In this document: in pieces, positions 13,596-27,302 of the stretch
Position numbering within the stretch: the first letter of the stretch is position 1
How the letters are laid out: each line of letters begins with the position of its first letter
NCBI GenBank assembly: GCA_964016885.1
Contig: OZ024740.1
Coordinates: forward strand, 269,390,001 to 269,454,000
Direction: 5' to 3'
Source of the DNA: Eledone cirrhosa
Lineage: Eukaryota
Length of the DNA: 64,000 nucleotides
The notes under the pieces: model-generated
What the model was told of the DNA's origin: nothing
Seen by the model: the letters and a program-made list of their open reading frames with translations, nothing else
The model's database searches: none
Position numbers and translations under genes: made by a program

Positions 13596-13943
13596 TATTG
13601 TTATACTTTGGGAGGGTCATGTTGCCAATAAGAAACACACGCACCAGTTGCTTTCACTTCAATTTATTATAATACATTTATAAATTTAGGAATTTATAAA
13701 TTTCCGGTTGGTTGGTTGGTTCCACAACCAGATGGTTGTTTATATATTGTCAAAGTTCTTTCGTCACACATGCTGTACCTCTTCAGTTACTGGGGATTTT
13801 TTTCTTTGTTTATTGTGCCTCTACTTTGTTCTGTCTTACGCCATCTTGTTTTTGTGTGTGTGTTGTGTGCTTAGTTTGTACATGAGTTCACATGCGCAAA
13901 CTAAGCACACAACATACACACAAAAACAAGATGGCGTAGGACA
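13596..13943 (-). mobile_element. PLE-type terminal fragment with degenerate hammerhead and fold-back
   Basis: Minus strand has CTGAAGA...GAAAGAACTTTGAC (about 13749-13787) and ends in tgaccctcccaaagtataacaat, like family A. A palindrome of about 110 bp lies at 13832-13943. Confidence 0.55.
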
Positions 13944-13944
13944 G

Positions 13945-14740
13945 GTTCGTCTATTTCTGACCGTGATGTCGCTGACAACTAAGCTATGTTGGGAGGTACA
14001 TTCCTCACTAGGGAAGGCTTTTGTGTTTACGACCGTCCATCTGTCACATCTATCTGACTAGAATGCTCCCCTGATCTATAGGTGATCAGGTGGTTGTCGG
14101 GTTTTTTGAAGTTTGTGTTACATGTCATTGGCCAAACCCATGGCCTCCATGGACTCTATTGAAGCCGTCACAGTGTTTACCTATGTGTCCGTTAAAATCT
14201 CCTGCGATGATTAGGAAGTCATTGTCGTTTGTTAGAGCAGTAGTGTGCATAAGGGACTCGTAAAACCTATCCTCAAGTTCGTCTGGCAACCCCGATTGGG
14301 GTGCATAAGCTGATGTTATTGTGGTAATTGTTTTATTCAGGACTAGTCTGAGTTTAATGATTCTTGCATTTACCCTGTACACTGAGATTACTTTATCTAC
14401 CCACTTGTCAGCTAGTAGTATACCTACACCACCCATCCCATCGTCATTTCCCAGAAAAATTTGTAGCACTGACTTTTTCCTACAAGGACTCTAGCAGATT
14501 CTCCTCTCCATCTAGTCTCTTGCACACAGCATACATCAATTTCCTTTCGCTCTAGCATCTCTACGATTTCTCCTGCTCTTCCTTTCATTGTGCTTACATT
14601 GATGGTACCAACTCGGAGTTTTGGGCATTTGTAGGGAAGGGTCGATTTTTGCAGGGGTGTGTGTGTGCTTCCTGTCTCTGAATTGGAGCTTCACGTGTAT
14701 TAATCAGAGTTGCTCCATTTATTCTCTGCTCATCCATACA
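13945..14740 (-). mobile_element. RTE LINE 5' part (APE endonuclease), frameshifted
   Basis: LRVGTINVSTMKGR...DVCCVQETRW..., GVGILLADKW...SAYAPQSG...IIAGDFNGHIG. Putative 5' UTR extends further to the right. Confidence 0.85.
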
Positions 14741-14948
14741 TAATGGTAGGAAAATTCAGGGCTAGAAAACAGTGGTGGTGGTAATAATGGCAGGGTGTGT
14801 TGGGCTGGGACGGGGGTGGAGAGAGTTAGGTAGTAGTAGAAATGGCAGGGTTTGTTGGGGTTGGTAGTGTGGGGGGTGGTGGTGCTGAGGTTTGATTGGT
14901 CGAATAGGCTATGGTGGTGTGAGGAGGTGGGTGGGATTTAAATTGTGA

Positions 14949-15369
14949 GGTAGGTAGCCAAGTTATGGCCTGTAACATCTGATGGCAAAATAGACAGATA
15001 GGAGTAGATGACTTTGAAGAGAATGCGAGCTGATAAATAAAACGACACTAATAATAATGTAAGAGAGAGGAGAAGAGTAGGTGACTTCGTAGAGTGGCAG
15101 CATGGTAGAGAAAATGAGGGTACAAAAAAAATGTGTTGTGGAAGCTAGCGAAGTGATAAATATAGCAATAATAATTGTGAGCAGACCATTTGCAATTGGG
15201 GAAATAGAGGGATACCTGAAAGATTGTATGGATGGATGGCTGGAACGTGGTTAAGCAGCTCTAGTGATTCATTTTAGCCTTTCAGAGTCAAGTGTCTTGT
15301 CTCTTCAAGAACTTCAAGATGAGTGAGGAAGGAATGGGTGAGAGGGAAAGGGAGGTAATAGGTGGCTTA

Positions 15370-15402
<33 letters not shown>

Positions 15403-15722
15403 GGTAGCCATCATAGAGAGAGGGCCGCCGTCATGGTAAAATAACCAATAGGAGTGAATACAGCAACACTAAATAATAGAGTAAGAGAGAGGAAGAGAGG
15501 TAGGTAGCCAAGTTATGGCCTGTAACATCTGATGGCAAAATAGACAGATAGGAGTAGATGACTTTGAAGAGAATGCTAGCTGATAAATAAAACAACACTA
15601 ATAATAGTGTAAGAGAGAGGAGAAGAGTAGGTGACTTCGTAGAGTGGAAGCATGGTGGAGAAAATGTGTGTAAAAAAAAAAAAATGTATTGTGGAAGCTA
15701 GCAAAGTGATAAATACAGCAAT
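14949..15722. repeat. ~225-bp direct repeat pair (14949-15172 and 15499-15722)
   Basis: ggtagccaagttatggcctgtaacatctgatggcaaaatagacagataggagtag... is present twice. Confidence 0.85.
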
Positions 15723-16036
15723 ATATATATATACATACATACACACACATATACACACACACACACGCATGTATATATACACACACACACACACATATAT
15801 GTGTGTATATATATATATGTGTGTGTGTGTGTGCATATATGTATGTGTGCATGTATATATATATGTGTATTTATATATATATATATGTGTGTTTTTATGT
15901 ATATATATATATACACACACACATATATACACACACGCATATATATATACACACACATATATATATATATACACACACAGATATATATATATACACACAC
16001 ACATATATATACGCACACACACACACATATATATAT

Positions 16037-16067
<31 letters not shown>

Positions 16068-16134
16068 CACCCACACACACATATATATATATATATATAC
16101 ACATATATATATACACACACACACACATACACAC

Positions 16135-16232
<98 letters not shown>

Positions 16233-16235
16233 TGC

Positions 16236-17006
16236 TAGCTGCAAAAGGCTTCTCCCTCAGAATGAATGAAAGGCAGACTGTATGATGCGTGTATCCGAAC
16301 AGCGATGTTGCATGGTGGTGAGACCTGGGCGCTGAAGGTGGAAGACTTACGTAGATTAGAGAGAAACGAAGCCTGCATGCTCCGATGGATGTGTAACAGT
16401 AATATACGTGAACGACAAAGCATAAATGAATTGAGAGAGAGACTGAGCATAAGAGGAATCAAATGCTGTGTGCAGGAGAGGCGGTTGCGCTGGTATGGAC
16501 ATGTGATGCGTATGAAGGATGACAGCTGCATAAAAAGGTGCAGAGCACTAGAAGTTGATGGAAACCGCAGAGTGGGGAGACCCAAGATGACCTGGGATGA
16601 GGTGATAAAAGCCGACCTTACCCAATTGCACCTCTCAAAGACAATGACACACGACCGTGACTTCTGGCGTCACGCAGTAATACAGAGTACCCGACCTCCC
16701 ATGGGTACAAGCTGAAGCATATAGACAATATACCCCACAGCCCCCACCGCAAGGTGGTCGTGGAGGTGCCACGGCAAAAAAGCACCCAGCCCACACTGTA
16801 AAGTGGACGTGTAGGCGCCACGAAAAAGCACCCAGCACTCACTGTAAATGAGGTTGGTGTTAGGAAGGGCATCCAGCTGTAGAAATCAAGCCAAATCAGT
16901 TCCTGTATGAGCAAGGCATGGTCAGCTGACCAGACACTGCCCACAACAGGACAACCCGTCTAACCCATGCTAGCGTGGAAGAACGGACGTAAAACGGTGA
17001 TGATGA
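16236..17006 (+). mobile_element. RTE family A, 5'-truncated (ORF C-terminus and 3' UTR)
   Basis: KGRLYDACIRTAMLHGGETW...RRLRWYGHVMRM...GRPKMTW; (GAT)n tail; flanked by TA repeats. Confidence 0.9.
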
Positions 17007-17020
17007 TATATATACAAACA

Positions 17021-18587
17021 TGGTGGGCTCTCAGAAAACTAGGTGTTGATGAATGGCTTGTGAGAGCTATACAAGCCATGAATAAAGAAACAGTCAGCAA
17101 GGTTAGAATTAACAACGAATATAGTGAAGAGTTTAGCGTAAAAGTTGGTGTTCATCAAGGATCCGTCCTTAGCCCCCTCCTATTTATTATTGCCCTTCAG
17201 GCAATAACAGAGGAGTTCAAGACCGGCTACCCATGGGAACTCCTATACGCAGATGATCTAACGCTCATAGCTGAATCAATGGCTGAACTAGAGAAGAAAT
17301 TCCAAACATGGAAGCATGGCCTAGAATCAAAAGCCTTAAAATTAACCTGTCTAAGACTAAAGTTCTAGTTTGTAGGAAGGAAAATAGGGCACTGGTACAA
17401 TCTGAGAAATGGTCATGCTCAGTGTGTAGGAAAGGAGTAGGCAGAAACTCCATTTTGTGTCCCAAATGCAAAGTATGGGTGCATAAAAGATGTAGTGAGA
17501 TCACAGGTAAGCTAACTAAGAGTAAGGATTTTATATGTGGCCGGTGCTCAGGTGCAATAAGGAACAGCAAATGCCGACAGAATAATAGCTCATTCCATTG
17601 CACAGATGGTTCTATAGAAATAGTGGACACCTTCCGTTATCTGGGTGACAAAATCAGCAGTGGTGGAGGGTCCTCTGAAAGTACAGTAGTTAGAGTCAGA
17701 ACGGGATGGAAAAAGTTCAGAGAGCTTATACCACTATTGGCCGCTAAAGGTTTCTCTCTAAAAATGAAAGGCAGGCTGTATGATGCCTGCATACGAACAA
17801 CAATGTTACATGGCAGTGAGACTTGGGCATTGTGTGCAGAGGATATACGCAGACTGGAGAGAAACGAAGCTTGCATGCTCCGTTGGATGTGTAATAGTAA
17901 TATACATGAACGGCAAAGCATAAATGAACTAAGTGAGAAATTAGGAATAGGAGGAATCAGATGATTTTTACTCGAGACAAGACTACGTTGGTACGGTCAC
18001 GTGATGCCCATGAAAGACGACAACTGTATAAAAGAGTGCAGGGCGATAAAAATAGACGGTAGCCAGGGAGTAGGCAGACCCAGAAAAACCTGGGCTGACT
18101 TGATAAATTCCGACCTCACACACTTACACCTCTCCAAGACAATGTCACTGGACCGAGATCTTTGGCGCTACACAGTAATACAGAAGACCCGCCTTGCCTA
18201 AGTACAAAGCAAAGCCTACAGTCAGTAGGCACCTCTTAACAAAAATACACCCCCGTCCCACTATCCCCACCCCATCCACACCACCCCTTTCGATGTAAAG
18301 TTATGTTGGTACCACAACATCCAGTCTGAAATAAATGAAGTCGTGTAGGTGTCACAACAAAAAAACACACACAGTCCACGCTGTAATGTGGCCATGTAGG
18401 TAACACGGTAAAAACCTCCCAGTCCACACTGTAAATGTGGTTGGTATTAGGAAGGGCATCCAGCCGTAGAAAACCCGCCAGATAGTTCTATATGAGCAAG
18501 ACAACCAATCTTGCCTCAAGTGGGATTATTCCCGTCCAAACCCATGCGAGCGTGGAAGATGGACGTTAAACGATGATGATGATGATG
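17021..18587 (+). mobile_element. RTE family B, 5'-truncated copy
   Basis: GVHQGSVLSPLLF...LLYADD, a C4HC3 Cys cluster, RLRWYGH, 3' UTR and (GAT)n tail; contains a frameshift and a stop. Confidence 0.92.
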
Positions 18588-18607
18588 ACACACACACACA
18601 CATATAT

Positions 18608-18643
<36 letters not shown>

Positions 18644-18645
<2 letters not shown>

Positions 18646-21600
18646 CATCATCATCATGGTTTAACGTCCATCCTCCACGCGTGCATGGGTTTGAACGGGA
18701 GTTTTCCCACTTGAGGCAAGAGTGGTTGTCTTGCTCGCATAGGACTGTCTGGCAGTTTTCTACGGTTGGATGCCCTTCCTAACAACAACCATGTTTAAAG
18801 TGTGGACTGGGAGGTTTTTATCATGTTACCTACACGGCCACATTACAGCGTGGACTATGTGTTTTCTTGTCGTGACGCCTACACGATCTCATTTGTTTCG
18901 GACTGGATGTTGTGGTACCAACATAACTTTACATTGAAAGGGGTGGTGTGGATGGTGTGGAGGTAGTGGGACGGGGGTGTATTTTTGTTAGAGGTACCTA
19001 CTGACTGTAGTAGGTTTCACTTTGTACTTAGGTAAGGCGGGTCTTCTGTATTACTGTGTAGCGCCAAAGATCTCGGTCCAGTGACATTATTCTTGGAGAG
19101 CTGTAAGTGTGTGAGGTCGGAATTTATCAAGTCGTTCCAGGTTTTTCTGGGTCTGCCTACTCCGTGGCTACCGTCTATTTTTATTGCCCTGCACTTTTTT
19201 ATACAGCTGTCGTCTTTCATGCGCATCACGTGACCATACCAACGTAGTCTTCTCCCGAGTAAACAACATCTGATCCCTCTTATTTCTAATTTTTTGCTTA
19301 GTTCGTTTATGCTTTGGCGTTCACGTATATTACTATTACACATCCAGCGGAGCATGCAAGCTTCGTTCCTCTCCAGTCTGCATATATCCTCTGCACACAA
19401 TGCCCAGGTCTCACTGCCATGTAACATTGCTGTTCGTATGCAGGCATCATACAGCCTGCCTTTCATTTTTAGAGAGAACCCTTTAGCGGCTAATAGTGGT
19501 ATAAGCTCTCTGAACTTTTTCCATCCAGTTCTGACTCTAGCTACTGTACTTTCAGAGCAGCCTCCACCACTGCTGATTTTGTCACCCAAGTAACGGAAGG
19601 CGTCCATTATTTCTATAGAACAATCTGTGCAATGGAATGAGCTAGTATTCTGTGGGCACTTGCTGCTACTTATTGCACCAGAGCACCGGCCACATATAAA
19701 ATCTATGTTCTTAGTTAGCTTGCCTGTGATCCTACTACATCTTTTATGCACCCAAACTTGGCATTTGGGACATAAAATGGAGTTTCTACCTACTCCTTTC
19801 CTACACACTGAGCATGGCCATTTCCCAGATGGAATCGGTGCCCTATTTTCCTTCCTACAAACTAGAACTTTAGTCTTAGACAGGTTAATTTTAAGGCCTT
19901 TATGGATTCTAGGCCATGCTTCCATGTTTGGAATTTCTTCTCTAGTTCGGCCATTGATTCAGCTATGAGCGTTAGATCATCTGCATATAGCAGTTCCTAT
20001 GGGCAGCCGGTCTTGAACTCCACTGTTATAGCCTGAAGGGCAATAATAAATAGTAGGGGGCTAAGAAGGGAGCCCTGATGAACACCAACTTTTACGCTAA
20101 ACTCTTCACTACATTCGTTGTTAATTCTAACCTTGCTGACTGTTTCTTTATACATGGCTTGTATAGCTCTCACAAGCCATTCATCAACACCTAGTTTTCT
20201 AAGAGCCCACCAGATAATAGAACGGGGGACTCTGTCCAAGTCGACAAAAGCTAAGTACAGGGGTTTACTTTTAGCTAGGTACTTCTCCTGTAGTTGTCGT
20301 ACAATGAAAAAAGCGTCTGTGGTACTTTTACCTGACACAAACCCGAACTGCATTTCATCTAGATCAATTCACTCTCTTACTTTAACTGTGACCTTCATGA
20401 CCTGGTCGATTAATTTAATGCTTCTATAGTTTCCCCTATCTAGGGCATCTCCTTTACCCTTGTAGCAGTTAATGATGATGCTGCTTCGCCAGTCCTTCGG
20501 AACAATCCCATTCTGTATGACTTGGTTTACTATCCGGGTGACCATGATGTGTCCCACCATTCCAGAAGCTTTCAGCATTTCAGCAACTATTTCCGAAGGC
20601 CCAGCCGCCTTACCCGTCTTCATATCTTTGATTGCCTTACTTATTATACTATCTTCGACTAACACTGCTGGTCCCTCCCTCTATTGGATCGATGTGGGGC
20701 AGACTGTCTTTCTCCCATTTATTCTCCTCATTTAGTAGCCTTTCGTAGTGACACTTCCAAACTATCTTCTTATCAGCGTCAGTGATGGCAAGTACACCAT
20801 CATCATTAAGGACACACTTCTCCCCGACAATATCACGGTTTTCCTTGACACATTTCCTAGCAATCCTGAACACCTCACGTTTTTGATTCTCGCGTTGTAG
20901 AACATGCTTGAACTTTCTTTCCTCTGCTTCCCTTCTTGCGAAGTACACTTGTCTCCTAGCTTCCCTCCTGGCCACTTAATAGTCTTCTCTACTTCCCCCA
21001 TCCTGCCATGCTTTCCAAGCCTGCTTTTTGGCCTTAATTGACTCCTCCACCTTACTCTTCCACCACCACGTTACTCTCCTCCTGCCTATAGGCCTGCTCC
21101 AGCCACAGACTTCGTCTGCCGCCATCAGCAGGTTTGCTTTCAGGAATTCCCACTGTTCCTCTATATTGTACGACTCTAATTGCTCTCCTTACTGTCAAAA
21201 GCATCAAGTAATATGCTTTTAAATTTATTACTGGCTGTGGGGTCCTTTAGCTTCCATATTTTTCTCCTGAGGATAGTCCTCTTCTGTTGTCGAGTACGTC
21301 TCGTCCTGACTATGAGGTCGCTAATTATCAGTCTATGTTGGGAGGTGCATTCTTGATGGGGGACGGATTTAGTGTTTACAACAGACACTCTGTCACGTCT
21401 TCTGGTAAGAATATAATCTACCTGGCTGGTATGTTCCTTTGATCTGTAGGTGATCAAGTGATTGTCTCGTTTTTTGAAGTTAGTGTTAGAGATAGTTAGG
21501 TTATTTGAGTCACAGAATTCCAGGATTCTGGAGCCTTCCTCATTTCTAGTACCAAACCCATAGCCTCCATGGATTCCGTCATAGCTGTCACAATGTTGTC

Positions 21601-21780
21601 CAACGTGACCATTTAGGTCACCAGCAATAATTATATAGTCTCTGTCGGTTATTTGGGAGGTAGTGAGCATCAGTGTCTCATAGAATCTGTCTTTTATAGC
21701 GCCAGGCAGTCCAGATTGGGGTGCGTACGCAGATATTACTGTCACAGTAGTTCTATTTAGAACAAGTCTTATTTTAATTA
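18644..21780 (-). mobile_element. RTE family B, long copy (partial APE, RT, 3' UTR), frameshifted
   Basis: Collinear ORF fragments 21176-21832 (SAYAPQSG, AGDLNGHVG, QVDYIL), 20369-20665, 19997-20353 and 19017-19925; (GAT)n tail at the left end. Confidence 0.93.
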
Positions 21781-21818
21781 TATATATATATATACACACA
21801 TATACATACACACATATA

Positions 21819-22486
21819 CAGTGGATCTTCACTTATCCGGACGGTCAAAACCAAACAGTTAGAAAAAGATCCGGTTAAGTGAAACATCCGGATAAGTGAA
21901 TTCTAAAATCTCATTGTTACATAATGCTCGTGGTTTCTAATGTTTTGGCTTCTTTTAGTAAAAATAAAAGACAAATGCTAAGTAAAGAAAGTTTATTAGA
22001 ATAACAAAAGAACCGCTAGAATTTATAAGAAAATTAATTAAACAAACATAAGAATAACTAAAAACTTGGTAAAACTGAATTGAGTCAAACCATAAAAAGT
22101 TAGTACCTTTTTAAAAATGAATAAATAGAAGATTGTTTTCATGCCGAAGCTCGTCGTTCCACTACCATTTCCCACTACCATTTCCACGGAACAGCTGAAC
22201 GGTCAACCACCTCCCTCATGTTTATCGCACGTAAAAATGGAATCATTCCCATGTCCCTTTTCCGATCAAATCCCGCAGCAATTGTTTTCTATAAATCCGC
22301 TTTAGTGTCTACAAAACTCCCTGGTCGATTGGCTGAATAAGTGACGTAACGTTCGCCGGAAGAAATGCTGCCCGAATCTGTCCGTCTGCCGAAATCAAGT
22401 CCTCCTCATCCGGAGTTAGTATAAGAATAGCCGTCCGGTAAATCGAATTTCAGAAAAGTGATATCCGGATAAGCGAAGATGCACTG
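21819..22486. mobile_element. Tc1/mariner-pogo (Tigger-like) non-autonomous DNA transposon
   Basis: 23-bp TIRs (cagtggatcttcacttatccgga and its reverse complement cagtgcatcttcgcttatccgga), TA on both sides, no ORF. Confidence 0.85.
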
Positions 22487-22899
22487 TATATATATACATA
22501 TATATATATAACATCTGAAGACAAATTATTGGGATTTCTATGATTTATGAATTCCTTTATTTACAATTTATCTGTTAATGGGAATGTCGTTTTATAAACG
22601 TAAATTTATCTATAATTTATTTTTTAATTTATGCCAGTAGCTAGAAGCAGTGCTCCTTTCTTCCTTTCCATACTTCCATCTACACTGATTTCTATAAAGT
22701 TTATTATGATTTGTTCCCTATATAAAAAACATCCCATTATCCGTTCCATGTAGAACCCTCTTTTATTCCAATATTCCTTTCTCTTTTTCTTACCTACATA
22801 CATTTCTCTGTCTTATATATTAGCACTGAAGAGTTACAATTGAAAGACATGTACTCCAGAAGTTCCAGTGAAGCCAGCATGTTTAGAAGAGAATTGGCC

Positions 22900-23050
22900 T
22901 CAAGAAATAGCTGGTACATTATTTATCTACATCAAAAGGGTGAAATGGAAATTTGACTACAGTAGGATTTGATATCACATTGCAGAGAGCTGGAATAAAT
23001 ACTGTAATTCTATCCTATCTCCTAATGATACTACTAATTTGCCCCACTAT
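22900..23050 (-). mobile_element. Degenerate Meta-like tRNA SINE
   Basis: ctggtacattatttatctac...gggtgaaatggaaatttgac...ggatttga resembles the reverse complement of 3906-4085. Confidence 0.55.
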
Positions 23051-23328
23051 ATTAGTATATAATATGAAATAAATATGAAGCTTTCTTGTTTTTTATTAGA
23101 AATTTAAGGAACATTTCTGAAGTGCTGAACAAGGATATATAAACTGCTGAAAAAAAAAAAAACGTGATGGAGAGTAAAAAAACTAAACAAAACAATACAA
23201 AATGCACTGAATCTTCTGCAATCAATTTATTGATTAAAACAACAGCATGAAAAATGTGTTGCGTTAAATATTTTTCTATATGAGAACAAATTAAATAGAA
23301 AGCAAGTATTTAAAAGTTCAAATCTTAC

Positions 23329-23514
23329 CAGCCAATCCTGGTCTCAAGCCTGGTTGCTTCGTTTGTTCATAGAGATGCTGAAGGAGGGATGGTATTTCAT
23401 TTAAAGCCTTTTCTTGGTTGCCGGTCCCACTCTTTCTATTTAATGAACTGTAAATACCCCGTGGTAAGTTTATTACTTCAGTTTGGACCATACTATTTAA
23501 GAATTCTTCATAAG
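23329..23514 (-). CDS. FOCAD: Focadhesin coding exon (phase 1 to 1)
   Basis: Acceptor ttttcag and donor gtaaga; 186 nt encoding (A)YEEFLNSMVQTEVINLPRGIYSSLNRKSGTGNQEKALNEIPSLLQHLYEQTKQPGLRPGLA. Matches the recalled FOCAD motif EEFFTSLVKQEMVNMPRGIY...KQPGLKPGLAG. Confidence 0.9.
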
Positions 23515-23868
23515 CTGAAAATGATTTGAAAATGTGAAAATATATTATTGAATATCCCAAAAACATTTCATGATTTTCTTTAATCAATAATATATCAAGC
23601 AGTTTATTATTCAGCAAATATTTGTAGAAGTTGTTTTTATTTTTCTTCTGATTCACAATATCTATTTTTCAAGAGTAAAGCACACAATCGATTGAACCGA
23701 TTTTATTATATTATCAAAATGTTTTAGTTTATCAACATCAGAGATAGAGAATAGAAAGTTAACCCAGTGAGATTTCAACTCTGAACCAAATGGAATGAAA
23801 TAGAAATTCTGTTATATATTCAATCCAGTGCTCTGCCATTTCAGTAAACTTTACTACTGCTCTATATA

Positions 23869-24066
23869 CGAGGATAGGCTGAAATCTTCATAGGCTGACT
23901 ATGAAGGAGTGATGCTAGGGATGCGAAATCTTGCATACATTAATTTCAACTTTTCTTATTAATAACTGCATTGTTTCTTTCCAGGGACTATGTTGAAAAA
24001 TAAACTTCAATTGGTTGTTCCATGAGAGTATCTTGGTCAGCTTATGAACTTTTCAGCTGACCTTTG
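23869..24066. mobile_element. mariner-type MITE
   Basis: Imperfect TIRs (ta)cgaggataggctgaaatcttcataggctgac ... gtcagcttatgaacttttcagctgacctttg(ta); about 200 bp. Confidence 0.75.
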
Positions 24067-24110
24067 TATGTGAGTGTGCATGTGCATATATGTGTGTGTG
24101 TTTGTGTGAA

Positions 24111-24307
24111 CAAGGGTTGGCTAAAACGTTCAGAGGCTGACTATTAAGGAGTAACGTTAAAGCTGTGTAATCTTGCATGCATTAATTTCAACTTTGCTTA
24201 TTAATAACTACATTGTTTCTTTCCAGAGACTAGGTTGAAAAATAAACCTCATTTGGTCATTCCATGAGAGTATCTTGATCAGTCTATGAACTTTTCAGCT
24301 GGCTTTG
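24111..24307. mobile_element. mariner-type MITE, second copy
   Basis: Collinear diverged copy of 23869-24066. Confidence 0.7.
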
Positions 24308-26237
24308 TAAACATTAGACTATATTTTTTTAATAAATGACCATATAATCATGTGGTAAGTTGTACAGTACATGTCTGAATATAAAATTTTATTTTATTTT
24401 ACAACTTTTAAGAATTTTTATAGTGTTATTTACATATTAAGCATTTGTGAACATTGTAAATAAAATCAGATGATACATTTTAATAAACACTATATGGTCG
24501 GTTTTGTACAGTTTCTCTCAAACAAGGCTACAGAAGACAACAAATGTGCCAGGCAGTAGGATAGAATGAGAAACAACATGGTTGTAAAATAAATTTCTTA
24601 ACTATACGGTCACACATATATTCTTTTTTTTTTTTTTTCTTTAATTTGCTGATGGAGAATCTATGTCTGAAACATGAAAAAACCTTTCAGGTGGTTTGAG
24701 TGCAAATATATTGACAGTAACTTTCATCTAATATTGTCTTTGTATTGTTATTTTCACGATGTTTACATATATTACCATTATCATCATAATCATTTGTATG
24801 TCCACTTATACAGATTTCTTCAGTACAGCTAAGATCGAAAATAATAACTAAAGGTGCTGCACAGTGGGATTGAATCGAAACACAATCCCATTCAAACTGC
24901 TTTTTGTAAAACTTTCAAAGTAATTGTTCTCATATTGAAGTTCTATTTCATTTAGAAATATTTAACATTTTTATGGCAGTACTTCTAATGAAATACATTC
25001 TATTTAAATTAATTAATGAAGAATTTCAACAGATTCACTAAAAGCATTAATTATTTCATTACTAAAATAGCAATTTAGCAAGTGGTTTTCATAAGTAATT
25101 ATGTTGAAAAATGTTAATTTCAATGGCACCCTTTTAAAATTGGTAATTTTGTTTCACAGAACCAAAGCCAATTTTAGGGGAGGCTGGTATCAAACGGGTT
25201 AAACTAATAGAGTGGGTCTAGGTCTAGAAATAGTGGTAAACACTTGGTGAGAAGATTTTGAAATGTCATTTTACTTGCTCTTCATATTTTGGGCCTTAGA
25301 AAAAAAAGCACCTTTGACATAGTTTTTGAAAATAAATTCTTTGGTCGAGACCCAATAACCCCTTAAGTCTTTTGGTATGTTTTCATTTTGCATCTTTAAT
25401 ATTAATCAGTATATATTGATTTCCAATATTACCAATAGGTGTGTTAGAATATTTTAAAATGCTGACTTTTATATGTAAAAGTACATTGTATTTTGTTGGA
25501 GAAGTTTCTTTTTTTTTTCTTTTTATCAAATATCATCTAGAAATAATTTCTCTCTTGACATAGTGCCAGTAATCAAATGTTTATGTCAAAAGATGCTTAT
25601 TAATCTTCAGTTCCAAAATAAGGAAAACTTTGCCAATATTTATTGGAATTTATAATGCTGAGTTTCCATAAAACAATAGCATACCTGACTAGATATATCA
25701 AGGTATTTTGCATATTTCCGTGTTCAAATTCTGCACTGTCTAACTGCCTTGTCATAAGACTGATCATATACAGAAGTCAATTCAATAAAATATGACATTT
25801 TTCCAAAAAAATAAAATGTATCTTGTAAGACAAAATATCAAAATCAATTAGGAAGATCCAGTTAAACTTCAAAAGCAAAGCATTTCATCATCAGCTGCAG
25901 CATCAGCATTTAACATACATTTTCTATATTAGCATGGGTTAGCCATGTCTTGCTTGTACAATATGTTTTGGCTTGGTTTCTATGGTTGTCTTTGGGTGGA
26001 TACTCTTCCTAATACCCACCACTTTACAGTAACATTACAGCTGGTTGATTTTTAACTTATAAGTGTTGTATAAACTTATCAGTATTGTATAAACCTAAAT
26101 TAATGTTGGTCTTATTCTTGCATAACTGATCATAACTCTAACAGTAGACTAGGAGTCTAAGACAGAAGAAAAGTTTACAATTTATTCCTCTTCATTGTTT
26201 CCATCAGCATTATGTCAATCTCCAACAATCAGATAAT

Positions 26238-26420
26238 TGTTTCTAATTTAGGCACAAGGCCAGTAAATACACAGTGCATTACTGGTACTTTATTTTATCG
26301 ACCTCGTAAGGATGAAAGGCAAAGTCAACCTCGGCGGGATTTGAACTCAGATCGTAAAGGGACTTAACTATGCTGGAAAGCATTGCGTCCGACCCTCTAC
26401 CGATACTGCCAATCCACCAC
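26238..26420 (-). mobile_element. Meta-like tRNA SINE, full-length
   Basis: Reverse complement closely matches 3906-4085; 8-bp TSD cagataat (26230-26237 and 26421-26428). Confidence 0.85.
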
Positions 26421-26994
26421 CAGATAATATTCTTATTTCTGAACAGGGGTAAACAGAAAAAGTAAACACATTGGAAACACTGAAAATTTGATAGAATAAG
26501 TTGCAGCCTTTAAGTGTAAAGTAACAACCACACAAAGAATGTGAAACTATTAACATTAGGCTAATAAACACATACTGTAGTATCCTCTATCAACATGTGC
26601 ACAGTCATGGTCAATGTTTGATTTACAATGATATTCTTCTAGATTTGACCCCATTGTGTGATGTCCCAGGCAAGTGACTTCTATAATAGCCTCTCATATT
26701 GACCTTTTCTGCATGAGCGGGATTTTTTAAACATTATACCTGTCATATGTTTGTGAGAATGGGGTTATGGAAGGATTGTGTTATATGCGAATATCTTTTG
26801 CTGATATACAGCACTAAAGGATGTAAAATATTGGTGAAAAAACAGTACTCTTGGAATGGAGTTGTTTGCTCAAAGTCTTTTGTACCAAAGTACCAATATT
26901 CCCTGGTCACTCTCACTGTCAGAGATACAGTGAAACCATGATTGGCTCATTAGAAGCCTGTAATCAATAACACTTGTATTAACAATTTGGATCA

Positions 26995-27185
26995 TAATCA
27001 TCATCATGGTTTAACATCCATTTTTCCATGCTAGCATGAGTTAAATGAGTTGTTCCATTGTGAGACAAGCCAGATCAGATAACCAGGTCTTGTTCATAGA
27101 TAACTGATTTTGGCTTGGTTTCTACGACTGGAAGCCCTTCCTAACAGGAACCACATTGACAGTGTGTACTGGGTGCTTTTTGTCA
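26995..27185 (-). mobile_element. Degenerate RTE or RTE-tailed SINE 3' end
   Basis: (cat)n-ggtttaacatccatttttccatgctagcatg...cccttcctaac...gggtgcttttt. A similar remnant lies at about 25885-26050. Confidence 0.6.
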
Positions 27186-27302
27186 TGAATATAAAATAAA
27201 TATATTACCAATAGAAAAGTAATACTAGAATCTACACCACAATAATATTTGGATATGTTAAATTTTAACAAAATGGCTATTATAAAAGAGAAATCAACAT
27301 AC

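Noticed and set aside
22820-22885. cactgaagag...gtactc, a possible hammerhead; also ctgatgg...gaaacatg near 24650
   Set aside because: The cores are incomplete and the stems cannot be closed; too decayed to call.
23318-23656. 112-aa ORF as a standalone gene
   Set aside because: Only 23329-23514 is exonic; the rest is intron read-through.
25000-25203. Possible piggyBac-like end (atcaaacgggttaa)
   Set aside because: No matching opposite TIR was found.
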